Of a DNA stretch of 64,000 bases, positions 50,801 to 64,000 are shown piece after piece. Under the pieces are notes generated by a model. The model did not search any database. It was not told where the DNA came from and saw nothing but the letters and a program-made list of their open reading frames with translations. Every line of letters begins with the position of its first letter. Within the stretch, counting starts at the first letter, position 1. A program made the position numbers and the translations under genes. The stretch comes from Octopus sinensis (Eukaryota), in contig NC_042998.1 of the NCBI RefSeq assembly GCF_006345805.1, forward strand, positions 154,752,001 to 154,816,000, written 5' to 3'.

Positions 50801-51800
50801 GTCACCCAGTACGATGACTTTGTCTGCTCGAGGAATATTTCTTATAATGCCCTTCAAAGCATGGCAGAAAGAAAGTTTTTCGTCATCAGTAGAGCACATA
50901 GTTGGAGCATACACACTCACCAAAGTCATATAATTTCCTTTAACCAATGGAATTCTCATGGACATAAGATGCTCGTTAATTCCGACTGGGAATTCTTCCA
51001 ACTTGTCCACAAGAGTAGTCTTAACAGCAAATGCCACTCCAGCTTCTCCTCTAAACTCTTCATTCCTCCCTTTCCAAAAGAATGTATATTTTCCACAAGA
51101 TTCTGTGAGATGACAATCTCCAGGTAATCTCGTCTCAGATAAAGCAACGATGTCAAGATCATAGCATTGAAGCTCCTTCGCAACAAGCACAGTCCTTCTT
51201 TCGGGACATTCAGAGGACTTGCGGTCAAGCAGTATCCGTACATTCCAACAGCCAATATTCAATATTTTCTTTGGTTCTATCACAGTAGCATGATGACGGC
51301 CGGGTTCAGACTGTGATGCTCTGGAGCCCCTGCCGGGTCAGACTCTTTCAGCTGATGTGGTTCCAGAGTCCTTACTGCCATTTATTTTTTATACTGTTTT
51401 GGTACTTCATTGACTTTTTGCTTTTTAAGGCTACAGCCAGCCATTCAGTTGAGACTCAACAATCATGAATCAATTTGATCAATCAATCAATGTTGTTATT
51501 GTGCAATGCCTGTGCAAGAAGATTTTTCTTTTAAAGTGAGGAAAGGCTGTGCACTGAGTCAATCCCACTCACTAAGCAACAGCAGCCATAATCCGAAAAG
51601 AAGAACAAGTCAATATCATCGGTAACCACTGAGCCACAGGTTTTCTGTCGGAGTTATCCCAGTTACCTGAGTTACCTTCACTCCCAATGGTTTAACCGCG
51701 CGATCGGGTATTCTGTCCGTGTCCCCGCGCATGATACAGCCTTAAAACATTTATTGGATGGCCGTTGACTCTCAAGAGTTCCTCCGCCCTTTGACGGGTT
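47875..51800 (-). mobile_element. Near full-length RTE-clade LINE (APE-RT-C2H2), frameshifted
   Basis: IGCWNVR..VALSETR..SVYAPT..LGDFNARVG (50750-51283); QSGFRVGRG..DLTKAFD (49279-49701); KQGDILAP..LYADD (48424-49272); C2H2 fingers (47929-48360). Confidence 0.92.
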
Positions 51801-51809
51801 TTGTTTTTC

Positions 51810-51914
<105 letters not shown>

Positions 51915-52261
51915 ATAATAAATGATTGGAGAAGTTCAGAGTAAGTCAATTGCTTAGAAAACACATAAAAAATGGTAGAATCCTTACCAAGACGGAAGGT
52001 AAGAAAGATATTTACGGACAGTTGGACTGGGGGTATAGGTAACTAAGAGAATATAAAGGCAAATCAGTTAATACATTAATGTTGTACATGTAAACTCTTA
52101 GCATCGTCAACTTACGTGATACTTAATCTTTTGCATTTTCCTCCTATCCTCGAAGGAAGCTAGGTGATTACCTAAGCCTACCTTGAATGTAGGAGAACAT
52201 ACCGCTAAATAATATTTTGAAATCCTACTTGATTTAACCCTACATCTGTACGCTATTCCAT

Positions 52262-52378
52262 GTTACCATTATTAGATACATATATTGTAAATAGAACATC
52301 ATCTCCAAATAATCTCTGCCAATGATTATTTAGGAATGATGCTCTATTTACAATATTTGAATCTCATAATGGTAACAT
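52262..52378. repeat. Imperfect ~55-bp-arm hairpin
   Basis: GTTACCATTA..ATATTGTAAATAGA..CATC..AAATAATC / GATTATTT..GATG..TCTATTTACAATAT..TAATGGTAAC. Confidence 0.6.
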
Positions 52379-52639
52379 GGAAAAATATAGGAAAAAGCTA
52401 TTCAAATTTTTCAAAGGTCTGTATCTCTACAGATATTTTGCTTAAATCCTGCATTTAACCTGTATGCCACTCAAATTTGTGTACATAGACTAGGACTTTC
52501 CTTTGCATACACCTATTTTTGCATTTCACTTGTTACTTTTTAGCGTTTCAGCATCAGGACCCTTTGTCACTTTTGTACTGTTTATACCATGCTGTCTGCA
52601 CTGCACACTTTCATTTGTTTACATGTAATATTAAATTCT

Positions 52640-52790
52640 GCGATGACCCAATCCCATGAAGACTCAATTCCATGATGACTCAATTCTGTGATAACTCAAT
52701 TCTGTGAGGCACACATATTGCGACAATTTTAGTTCCACGACGACTCAATCTGTGATGATTTTAGTTCACGACAACTCATTCTGTGAAGAC
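52640..52790. repeat. 15-16-bp tandem subrepeats (GACTCAATTCYRTGA), like a DNA-transposon subterminal array
   Basis: About 7 degenerate copies by inspection. Confidence 0.55.
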
Positions 52791-53375
52791 AACAAATTTA
52801 CAAGCATTTACAAGTAGGAAAGCAAAGTGAAAAAGGGAACTAACGAAAGTAATCTCCTCGAAAATTCTCGAATATTCTGGAAGCTTCCAATTAACTTCCG
52901 GATAACGTGGAAGTCATCCACACACGCAGATGTTCGCTTCATTTACTTTGAGACATGTGGTTGCAAAATATGTTCATGTGATGTAACAAGCTTTTCTTTC
53001 AATTAACCTAAATGTTAACGCATTACATCCAGTAATATATATGTTATGACTTATTACGAACGTCTTACTAATTCTCATTTTCTTGTCGTTTATGTACACT
53101 CGAATGCAATTATAAAAATTATAACATGTCACTTACTGACAATCTCTATAAAATGGTAACCCTGACGTCAGAACACGATAGCCGCTACAAAATTATGAAC
53201 CCGACTTTTGAATACGCAACCCACTGCACATGGTAAATCGATGCCATACTACACACTTCAAGGTAATTTCTGTATTACTCTACCAGTACCTCTGATATTC
53301 TAGTTTTAAAATAATTTCGTGTCTTCCGCGTCAAAGGAAAAAGTTCACTTATCACGCCTGTTCTTTGTCATAATC

Positions 53376-53760
53376 ATGAGTAACACTTCCATACTAGCTT
53401 ATTCTGGCGATGCTAAGCTATTGTTTGCACAGCTTGATTCTTACTTCACAGCACATGGCATACAAGCCATTCAACGAAAGCTACACCATCTTATTAGTGA
53501 CATTTCCGCCATTTTAGCAGACACCGTTAAAGATATAATCACAGATCTTCTATAAGGCATAACCTACGATTCTTTGAGAACAGAAGTACTACGCAGAAAT
53601 TCTAAATCATCAGAAAGCCGTTTCCGTGCATTGTTACAGGAGTTTCTTAGACGGATCCGAGAACTCAGTGACGATACACTTGCGGACAGCTTCTTCGTAA
53701 AACAATTTTTTCCCGCTTACCAACTAATGTACAGACAATATTGGCGAATATGGTTGACCA
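53376..53760 (+). pseudogene. Gypsy gag N-terminal remnant
   Basis: DAKLLFAQLDSYF..KLHHLI..VKDII..YDSLRTEVLRRNSKSSESRFRALL. Confidence 0.7.
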
Positions 53761-54491
53761 CGCTTGAATGGTACTTTTTACGTGCCACCGGCAAGGGAGC
53801 CAGTCAGTGGCACTGGCAACAATCACACTCAAATGGTGTTTTTTACGTTCCACCAGCATAGGACCAGTTAGGCCGCACTGGCATCGACTACGCTCGAATT
53901 GTGCTTTTTATGTGTCACTGGCACGGGTGCTAAAGAGGCAATACTGTCATTGGTCACGACAATGACTCACTTGACTCAACAGGTCTTCGCAAGCGCAGTT
54001 TATTGCTCAATGATTGAAGGGAACTCTTAAATGGGCCAGATATGCTGCACTGGCATAGGTCACTTGGCTTACCAGGTCTTCTCAAGCACAGCATATCTCC
54101 AAAGTTTTCAGTCACTTGTCATTGCCTCATTTTTTATTTTTTTATTTTTCATTTTTTATTTCTATATGTAAGCATACAGAAATATATGTAAATAAACAGA
54201 TCAATATACAGACGGATAGGTATATAGACTATATAAACAGACACATATGGAGACACGGATCCACACATATAAAGATACACATCCATACATACAAACATGG
54301 TACATAGTTACATAACACACACAGACATGCACACACAAGGAGACAGAGGTGCATACATATACAAACACATGCTCACACACACATACATAGAAAATACACA
54401 AACACGGACAGGCAAGCACATAAATATGCAGGATCTGTACATACAGATGCACATACATACATACATATGCATACACACACATATATACATA

Positions 54492-57206
54492 TGTAGTGAT
54501 CCTATATAACGGTGCGCGCGCGCGCACCGTCCTTTTCTGTTTCGCGCGTGCGGTGTTGGTGCCTTCACCAAGGCAGAGAGGAAGGGCCCTCTCGCGCATG
54601 CGCGAAGCACCGGAAGAAGGACCTTTTTTGCCTACGTGGCAGTTAGCCGAGGCAAGGGGGTCGTAGGACGTTGACAACTAGCGTCCAGCAGCAGTCAGTG
54701 ACTTGGGACAAAGCGACCGAAGGCAACGGACGTATATTTTCTCGCTGTCCACTTTTGATAGCAGTCGGCCGAAGGCTTTAACCAAATTGTTGCAGACAAC
54801 ATCATCTTCCTCTTTCCGGACGCCATCTTTGACCAGTGTCGTTAGCATTTGAACACTGTAGATTCTACAGCGATATAGTTCAGCTCTGACACATCTATAC
54901 CAAAGGGATACCCAGATATACCACTTATTTGTTACTGTCATAAGAGAATAAAGTAGATATATATATTTTACGTCTGCGTCTTGTTGTTTCTGACTGGTAG
55001 AGAATCTGGATTTAAAAGCAACGGATAATGATTGCTTCTCGCACCCCCAAAAGGTCCAGAGAAGATATTCACATTGTCGTTACACTGGTGACCCCCTACG
55101 TGATTCTGGTCTAAAACCAGAGATCACTTAACGACAAAGAAATCCAGTTTTTCTGCCAGGTCGGAACACGATTTAACTCTACACAGTCATCATCTTTCGA
55201 CGATTTGTTTCCGGTCCCCTCGGACAGTTATAGAAGGAGCCTTTTTTATTCTTCAACATAATGACGGACGCCATCATATCATCGATGCTTTTTCTCTGCC
55301 TTCGTCATCATCATCGTCGTCTTAGAACTTAACGTCGTCGTTATCTTCGTCGCCATCAACACTAAGAACAATGATGTCTCAAGTCCACACCACAGTCGCC
55401 TCCACCACCAGTCGCCTCCAACACCGTCGACACAACAAGATGTAAATAGCAACTCGTGGAAGTTTAGCCCACTTGCTGTTTGTGCATGGCACACCAAGGA
55501 ATTAACAGCCCAGCACTATCTGCGAGATTCTTCTGTTCCAGTTAACCTGTCACAGCATTGAAGCCACAACCGTTACACGATATGTGTCCAATCGGCATCT
55601 GCATTTGTGATCTCAACATTCTGTTACAGAACGAACTGCTATTATGCATCAGGCTATTACGGACTGGTAAATTAACTCCATTGTCTGAAATAGCCCTGAG
55701 AGACATTTTTCCTATGCGCTGTATTTTTATTTTTGCTCGCATTTCACCTTGTTTGTATATTCTGTCGCACACACGTACACACACATAAATGCTATCTCTC
55801 TCACATACATACGTCACACATGCTTTTCTCGCTTGTTTTTTCCATGCTAAATTTGCCTTTTGTGGACACACCTCATTTCTATAGACCCTAGGGGTCACGT
55901 ATACATAGAGAGGGTTGTTTGTCCATTATAACGCGCCGGCATGCCATACTTTTGTTCCTGTACGAACGAGGCATATAATCGCTCAACCATTCGGTCTGGC
56001 AAGCCCTATTGCATTTCATGCGCCTTGCTCCGCACGTGTACTGCCTTGTTTTTTGCAACACGTTTGCGTTAGCTTAATTCTTTTCCCGACTCATAGAACG
56101 TCGGATGTTCACATGCGCTGCGCCATGTATAGGCGTAATTTGTTCCCTGTTAGACCCCTGTTGGTCACGTAATTAACAGAGAAAATTATCTGTGTCGCGC
56201 ATCACACCAGCATGCTTGCACTGTCTGCCTTTTTGTGTTACTGGCGATCTATCTGTCGATTCCATTTCCTCTCCTGCAGCAATTGACTTAACTGCTATTT
56301 CGCAGGATCAACCACCTTTAGAGGAGTTGGATTTTAACTTCGCCTAGGTTCATTAACTGTGAGTCTGCTTTCCTCCCGCTCCCTACAGCGGAAGGCTCTA
56401 TACTTTGTGACGTATCCACCTTCACGCATGCACTTTTGATTTTTGCTCATTTTGAGTATTTTTTTTTTTTTTTCCTTTTGGTAAATTTCTTATGTATGAT
56501 GTAAGTTTTGCCATTTTATTATATTGTGTGCTATTTGGTTATCTGGTATCCACCTTGAGTTTTATAGTCACTACAGGGAATTTTGTGTCGTGCTTCGCAC
56601 TGGGGCGGAGCTCTGTAGTGATCCTATATAACGGTGCGCGCGCGCGCACCGTCCTTTTCTGTTTCGCGCGTGCGGTGTTGGTGCTTTCACCAAGGCAGAG
56701 AGGAAGGGCCCTCTCGCGCATGCGCGAAGCACCGGAAGAAGGACATTTTTTGCCTACGTGGCAGTTAGCCGAGGCAAGGGGGTCGTAGGACGTTGACCAC
56801 TAGCGTCCAGCAGCAGTCAGTGACTTGAGACAAAGCGACCGAAGGCAACGGACGTATATTTTCTCGCTGTCCACTTTTGATAGCAGTCGGCCGAAGGCTT
56901 TAACCAAATTGTTGCAGACAACATCATCTTCCTCTTTCCGGACGCCATCTTTGACCAGTGTCGTTAGCATTTGAACACTGTAGATTCTACAGCGATATAG
57001 TTCAGCTCTGACACATCTATACCAAAGGGATACCCAGATATACCACTTATTTGTTACTGTCATAAGAGAATAAAGTAGATATATATATTTTACGTCTGCG
57101 TCTTGTTGTTTCTGACTGGTAGAGAATCTGGATTTAAAAGCAACGGATAATGATTGCTTCTCGCACCCCCAAAAGGTCCAGAGAAGATATTCACATTGTC
57201 GTTACA
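54492..57206 (+). mobile_element. Young non-autonomous LTR element: 593-bp LTRs, 1.53-kb non-coding interior
   Basis: LTRs 54492-55084 and 56614-57206 (TGTAGTG...GTTACA, 4 differences seen). PBS TGGTGACCCCctACGTGAT (tRNA-Trp type). PPT-like GGGGCGGAG. TSD CATA. Confidence 0.93.
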
Positions 57207-57479
57207 CATACGTACACATGCAAACACACACACATACATACGTACATGCATGCATGTATAGGCACACACACATACTGACCCACTGACCCACACACATGCG
57301 CACAAACAAACAAAAGGGAATGCAGTGTAAATGTATAGGCGTAATATTATTACACCAGAGTCAAGACTATTGAAAAGGTTGCAAGACGCAACGAAAATTT
57401 TAGAAGAAAAATAAAAAGTAAGAAATAAATGGAAATTTTACCGGTGAGTGTGTCATACTGTGACGAGAACACGCCAGCT

Positions 57480-58505
57480 CTCGTCGTCCTTGCAGCTGAA
57501 GCTATTTTCAGTCACGGTCGTCTAGTTCTACTTCAACGGTTTCCAATATCTGTTGGCACCATGCCACATTTAAGGATAAAGCCCGTCGATGCATCCAGAC
57601 CTGTTCGTTCAAGCTGTCAGGAAACTAGTTGCAGAAGATTTGGTCATGTCAAATTCTTTCCGCAATTTTTCATCTCATCATGCATTCTTTGTTAAGGGTC
57701 TCAACCTTCGAAGGGATTTTAGGCGGGTTTTTGTTATAGTAGATCTACCATGCCCCATTCTGGGCGCGGTCTTCTTAAACCACTTTCACTTGTTAGTAGA
57801 TGTCAGGCGATAGAGACTTGTCGACGATTCTACGTCTTTGTTCACGCCTACTCACGTTACTACTAATGCTATTTTCAGCCTGTCATTTTTTGTCGCCACT
57901 GCTGGTGACCAGTTCCACTTCCTTTTGGCTTCTTTCCCAGAGCTGGAAGATTCGACTTTCAAATCAGCGAAAGTCACACACTCAACTCGCCATTATATCA
58001 CTACTTCTGGACCATCTGTCTTTTCGCGTACAATGCTATTCGCCCTTAATCGGCTCAAAAAGGCTCAATCTAAGTTTGAGCATATGCTTCAATTCGGCCT
58101 CATTCGCCCCGCCACCAGCCCTTGGGCATCTCCTCTACATTTGGCACGAAAAGGGGATTCAGATTTTCGTCCGGTGGGGGATTACAGACATTTGAATGTG
58201 GTCACTGTTCCTGATCACTTCAGAAATAGTGATAAGGAATTTCCAGGAATTTTCTACAAACTTGCATGGTTGTACTATTGTTTCCAAGGTTGACCTCATA
58301 TGGGCTTATCAAATTCCGATGAACCCTGACGACATTCCCAAAATTGTCGTTACCACCCCTTTTGGAAGTTTCGAATTCCGGTTTGTGGAATACAACGAGC
58401 ACATTCCATTTTTTTATAGACGAAGTTGTCTGTGGACTTGACTTTGTGATCGCTTACGTCGATGATTTGCTAATAGCTAGCGACACGCGTGAAAATCGCC
58501 TCCAA
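57480..58505 (+). pseudogene. Gypsy gag C-terminal finger, protease end and RT remnant (probably continuing 53376-53760)
   Basis: ICWHHATFKDKARRC; LPCPILGAVFL..LLVD; SPWASPLHL..GDYRHLN; SKVDL..AY; AYVDDLLIAS. Confidence 0.85.
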
Positions 58506-60047
58506 GGGATCAGAATGCCTTCCTTGATCCACCATTCCATCTCTCCCTCGAACTTGCTTCTTGCATCCCCTTTCAGGGTATGCTGATAGCTGCCTACTGC
58601 ATTTTTCAACGTCAGAGGATCTCCCTTCCTGTACCACTGCCGGCCACAAACACAGCCTGAAAATCCTTCTCTGTAATGGTGTGCAGCATATTTTTCTTCG
58701 CAGCTCTCACCACTTTCCTGTCGTGGACTCACCACATCAATTCCGTCCACCACGCGGTCGATCACGATCTCACGCAACCTCAATCTCGTTCCTCGTACCA
58801 CCGTCTCCACATCACTACTTCCTCTGCATTCAACTTCCGTACCGTCAACAGCCCTTACACTACTCACTCCGCTCCATTCTTCTACCACCTCTAGAGTCAT
58901 TAAGGTTGTTGAGCAACCCGTGTCCATGAGGGCTCGCAATACCTTTCCCTCCACCACGACGTCCACAACTGGCAACGACCGTATACACGCCTCTATTCTT
59001 TCGACAGGACGACTACCGGCACAGTAGTCTCCCTTAGACCGTTTCCCGGAACACATCCACTAGCGATGTGGCCTGTTTATCTGCATCAATAGCAAATTAC
59101 TCCAGGTTTGGGTTCCTTGCAGTCTCTCACCATGTGCGAACTCTGACACCGTAAACACTGTCCTTTGAAGGGTCGCACACGTTCCTTATTCGACCCCTCT
59201 CTGCCGCTCTTTGTTTGACCCCTTCTCTTTGTTGCAGTCGCTGCTAGCGGTGTCATCCTGCAACACGAGGCGAGGATATTACCTCTCCCATCGCCATGGA
59301 GTAAATATTTAGCAGCTTTTGCAGTTCGACCGACATGTGATCAGGAAATCCAGTCACAAAATGCTAATTTAGCTCTTTGTTCCAGTGCTTTGTCTTTGTA
59401 TCCTGCAAGTTTGGCCAATCTCCTGATTTCATAGGCAAACACATCGACCTGTTCACCCGTCGACTTCGCTTTCCCCAGTAGACCACATGCCATGAATGGC
59501 CCTTCTGTAAAAACCTCCATCAGCCAGACTTCTATTTCTTCTGCGCTTAACTGGTACTTCTCCTCCATTTCCAGGTATAGCACCAACACCGATCCATCAA
59601 TGGTATGAAACTGGCTAGGTCATCTATACCGTGGAGTATTGCCACCAACTTAATTTTTTTCAACATCTCCCTCGCTGCAAAATGGCCTAACTGTCTCATT
59701 CGAAACGCGGACCACACCCATATTTTTTTTTGTGAGCTGAAATAGCTTGTGATGTGAAGGAGGAAAAGATGGAAGCAGAGAGAGAATTACGGTAATCTAA
59801 CCTGTCTATCTGGAAGGGTCACTCACAACGTCCACAAGCTCTGTCTGCCGCCGTACCGTCCATCTATGTGGAAGGGGTCGCTCACAACGTCCACATGCCC
59901 TGTCTGCTACCGTACCGTCTAACAGGTCTGCTTTCATACGCTGTCCACTGCCAACTGATTGCTCGCACCTCGCCAACCCTGCATGCCCACAGCGGCCCTT
60001 CCAACAGGACATGCGTACTCCCTCACTTTCGGTCCTTTCCTACAACA
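58505..60047 (-). mobile_element. Different Gypsy element: probable LTR (~59748-60047), gag with two CCHC knuckles, protease, start of RT
   Basis: GEQVDVFAYEIRRLA; C..C..SH...C and CY.C..TGHIASGC; RALMDTGCST; EMEWWIKEGILIP. The LTR has TGTTG...CACA ends and an internal ~60-bp duplication; no clear PBS. Confidence 0.78.
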
Positions 60048-60345
60048 CAGCCTGGCTCATAACACCACATATATTAAAACACAACTCTTCAATACTACCA
60101 AATAAATATAATGAGGTCCTAGGTACATGCAGCGACTGCTTTTTTCATATCTTCAAATTTTACCACAAATTTAAATGCAACCTAAATGATGACACAGTAC
60201 ATATCCCAAAGACCCCTTATGTAATCTCCAACAACCTGATTTAACTTTCCATTGTCTCCATTTTTAATTTTCTGACTCTTCAATCTTATTTTTCTTTAAT
60301 TATACATATATGGACATGTATACATGTGTGCGTGCATGTGTGTGG

Positions 60346-60444
<99 letters not shown>

Positions 60445-60899
60445 CACATGTATGTATGTATATGTGTGTATATATATATACATGTATGTGCGCGTGTGCG
60501 TATATCAATATACACTTCTTTCTGATTTCTCAGCCACCACCATCACATTAGCCAGTACAATAAACACCTTTAAAAACTTGATCATTATATCTTATTTTTC
60601 TTCCCGTCCTTTTTGAGGTTTGCTATTCGGTTTAGTACCCCACCACTCTACCATTTTATGCACCCATCCCTCTACCTTAGTACATTTTAAAAATATCACC
60701 CCGCCTCCCACTCCTCACACATATTCATTCCTTACATTCTTATCTCTTCCTTTCTTTCCCCTACGCTTCCATTTTCTTTTTCTCTTTCTTTTCCCTTTCC
60801 TCACCTATTCCTTTTGACCATTTTAACATACACATCTTTTCTCTCTTCTCTATCTACTTAATACTACCAATGCATTCTCAAAATCTCATTCACACCACA

Positions 60900-61290
60900 A
60901 GATCCTTTTGAATGAACAACACCATCTCCACACTTTCCATTTGTAATGACAGAATATGAACTCCTATCAGAATTTACATACCATGGACAAGAAGCACTTC
61001 TACTACTTCTACACACCACTTTCCTTGGATAATGGAACTGCAATTATAACATCCTACATATATTTTTATTTTTACTTTTATTCTCTTATTTCTCTTTATA
61101 CTTTTCATTTCCATACTTTTCCAAAATAACCCCTTATATTGAACTCTACTATTTCCCTCTATTTAACCATCTCACATCGTCTCTGATGAAGGGATATCTC
61201 TAATATTCCAGAAACAGCTTATAAATGTCCTGAAATCTCCTTATAAATGTCCTGAAAATTCCACACAGCCTTGGCTTTGTTATCTCATTT
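60900..61290 (+). repeat. Penelope pLTR-like segment with a truncated hammerhead (61179-61219)
   Basis: GTCT CTGATGA a-GGGATAT-CTCTA-ATATTCC-a GAAACAGCT, then disrupted by a TTATAAATGTCCTGAAA duplication. Confidence 0.55.
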
Positions 61291-61829
61291 TATTTACACA
61301 CACACACAGACATACTGACAGGGGAGATAACTGCCCCATTAGTATCTCTAGGATCACTAGACTAGGCTAGTTTCATCTATCAGTTGTAGGCTCGTCAGTT
61401 GTAACTACTCAAACTACTAAATCTGGTTGCCAGTATATATATATATTTTACCATAAAAATTTATGGCTGATTTAGCAAGATGCTTATGCACATTTTAAAA
61501 ATCAATATAAACAGCTGGGCACAATATAATGTCATAATGGAAAAATTTGATCACCACTAATTGTGACTAAGTATGGCATATATACTAAATATATTATATA
61601 TATATATATATAATATATATCATATGTATGTGTTATATGTATATGTGCATGGGTGTGTATTGTAGATATCTGTATACCCAAATACAGCTGAGTAGTTTGA
61701 AGCACCTCTTTCTCTCTCTCGCTGCACGTACATACATACATACATACATACATACATACATACATACATACATGGGTTTGTGCATCGAGTGTCTCTCCAC
61801 TTACAGGTCATCTGTCTTATAGTTTCAGT

Positions 61830-62120
61830 ATTAAAGTGAATGTATCTGACATTACAATAGAGAGATGTTATTGTTTCACTTTTGGCACGTTATACTGAAA
61901 TAGTGGAGAAGATATGATATTGCTGTGGGCTCGCCTTAGGCAAGAAGTTAGAAATCTTTTGCCCATGACACTACAAGGACCCTAAGTAAGGCATGTGTAA
62001 AATTTGAATGAAATTGGTTGTGTAGTTCTCAAGTTTTAGGGATTCACACAGACACACAGACAGACAGATACACACACACATATACACACACACATTCTCA
62101 TCTTTATATATATATATATA
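61830..62120 (-). mobile_element. Helitron-like repeat 5' part (third copy)
   Basis: Matches 2310-2547 and the reverse complement of 18790-19050. Confidence 0.6.
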
Positions 62121-62159
62121 TCTGTGTTATAATACGTGACAATTATTCGGTTGCCATAA

Positions 62160-62216
62160 TAAGACTCCGAGTTTCAGATGTCGGGGTGGAAACCTGCTCC
62201 GACATCTCATCAGTTA
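62160..62216 (-). ncRNA. Type I hammerhead fold (family D-related)
   Basis: UAA CUGAUGA GAUGUCGG..CCGACAUC U GAA ACUC-G-GAGU C UUA; 8-bp stem II, GUC triplet, short stem I. Confidence 0.65.
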
Positions 62217-63189
62217 ACGATGCAATCAAAATATGCTATGAAATTGACCGTTAAACAAAGGGAAATTACTACGTTATTAAGACGAAAGAGCTATTAGAAT
62301 GACCGGGGAAAAAAACCAAAGGGAAGGAAGTAAAAATTAAAGAAGTGAAAATGCTCATAGCAATCGCGTATGCGCGCATGTACATACATACACATGCACA
62401 CACACACACCCACGTACATGTGCCTATATGCATATGCTGACTCACACTCGCATGAAACATATATATATGCAACCATGCATGTACATGTATACATATCTAC
62501 ACACACGTGCACACACACACACACGTGCACATACCCATATGCGCACAGTTATATTCAAATACACATCTAAAAATATGCACATGCTATATATGCATATACT
62601 CCCTCACACTCGCGTGAAACACGCATGTACACCCACATATATATGCAACTATAAACATGTACAAATACATGTACATATATACATACCCGCACATACGCAT
62701 GCACACACACACACACAATGTACACATACGTATATCCTCACACACGCGTGTGCACACACACATGCACATACCCATACATGCACAATTATGTTCATATGCA
62801 CGTCTAAAATACGTACGTGCTGTATATGTATATGCTCACTCACACTCGCATGTACACCCACATATATACGCAACAATACTCATGTACATATACATGTACG
62901 TATATACATACCCGCACTCACGCACGCACACACACACACGTGCGCGCGCACAAAAAGTTCATATACACGTCTATATACGCACATGCACAAGAAAAATGCA
63001 GGGTAAAAGATAAAATAAAGGAAAAATGTGTAAAAATATATAAAGCAATAAAAATATAAAAATATATCTATAAATATGTAAAAAATATGTGAAAAATATT
63101 AAAAAACTTATATAAAAAGTATAGAGAGATAAAATGCTTGTACGTGGACACAATATAAAAATCAGGTTCTATCTGTGATCTTAGGGGGA

Positions 63190-63960
63190 CCAAAAACGTA
63201 ACAAATATTTAGCCATATGTGGACATGATCCAAAAAGTTCAGTTCTTGAATTTAGACATGTAGCAGGGTCTAAGCTGCTTTTCCAGGTGAGCCATCTTTC
63301 CATATCACAAAGACTGCACTTTCTACTGCCGTTGGTGTAAGGCTTACGCTTGGCTAAGATCTTTCAATGGATGTTGTAACTGACAACTTTATCTTTTAAG
63401 GATCATATATGACTAGATAATTTGGTCGTTTTCCTTTTATCCTAGTGCCTGAAACTCAAGGTGTGATTGTTGCACCTGGCCTTAAAATTCCCCTCTGTAA
63501 GGCCCACATATTTCTTTGTCGAAACTGGTTGTAGAGTCTACAGTGGCTTCACAAATGATAGTCTCAGACATGCAAGCTCCATTTAGCAGGCACAAATTTT
63601 TATCCCTGCATGAACAGCTGGTTTCATTTTGTGGTTTTTGTGTGTTGTGTGCGATTATATTTTTAAAATTAGTAGTTGAGCTGGAACTGATTTTTAAGTT
63701 ATGTCTATTGAAGAGCTTTCTGTGCTAAGAAATACATCACAGGTCACTTCGGGGGAGTAGGGGGTGTGTGAACCAGATAGTTTTCCTAATCGAAAACACC
63801 CTCTGTATCGGTAGTCTTGACCCACTCAGCGTTCTCTTTGAAGAGTAGAGTCTTTCTAGCATGGAGGATTATGTCCTTATCTAGTGTACTGATTTCTATG
63901 AATTCGCTTGCGAAGGTGAGGGCTTTATCTAGCAGTTCCTTAGAAATAGAAATCAACAAT
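63190..63960 (-). mobile_element. Decayed Penelope-like element (RT and GIY-YIG remnants)
   Basis: FTQFDIVDF..ISKELLDKALTFA..IILHARKTLLF; KKYVGLTEGNFKARCNNH...CSLC..LNSRTE...CPH. Confidence 0.8.
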
Positions 63961-64000
63961 ATCGAATTGCGTAAATCTTGCTTTATTCTTATTCCTAATG

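Noticed and set aside
51625-51700. Possible HDV-like ribozyme in the RTE 5' region (GGTAACT...GGTTACC, ACAG-AAAAC-CTGT)
   Set aside because: RTE elements often have one, but I could not build consistent P1/P3/P1.1 pairings by eye. It needs a descriptor or covariance-model search.

Overview
Eukaryotic, AT-rich, microsatellite-dense DNA made almost entirely of transposable elements. The SINE tails and repeat types look like an octopus/cephalopod genome (inference, from memory of these repeats). Elements recognised: several Gypsy LTR elements (one rearranged copy with an intact TSD, and one young non-autonomous element with near-identical 593-bp LTRs), CR1-clade, RTE and R4/Dong-like LINEs, Penelope-like (GIY-YIG) elements, non-autonomous Helitrons and tRNA-derived SINEs. 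Only one credible host exon was found: a class I SAM-methyltransferase motif-I exon on the minus strand at about 14.2-14.4 kb. The most striking unexplained signal is a dense set of type I hammerhead ribozyme folds with palindromic stem III. These fall into about 8 unrelated repeat families with about 20 copies, arranged as tandem (~480 and ~600 nt) or inverted units, resembling retrozymes or Penelope pseudo-LTRs. Several carry non-standard cores: a G3-C8 swap, U4C, and U-U/A-A at 10.1-11.1. A near full-length CR1-clade LINE has an unusual ORF1 (Myb/SANT-like + polyQ + 2 CCCH fingers). All folds and domain calls were made by eye; none was computed or tested.
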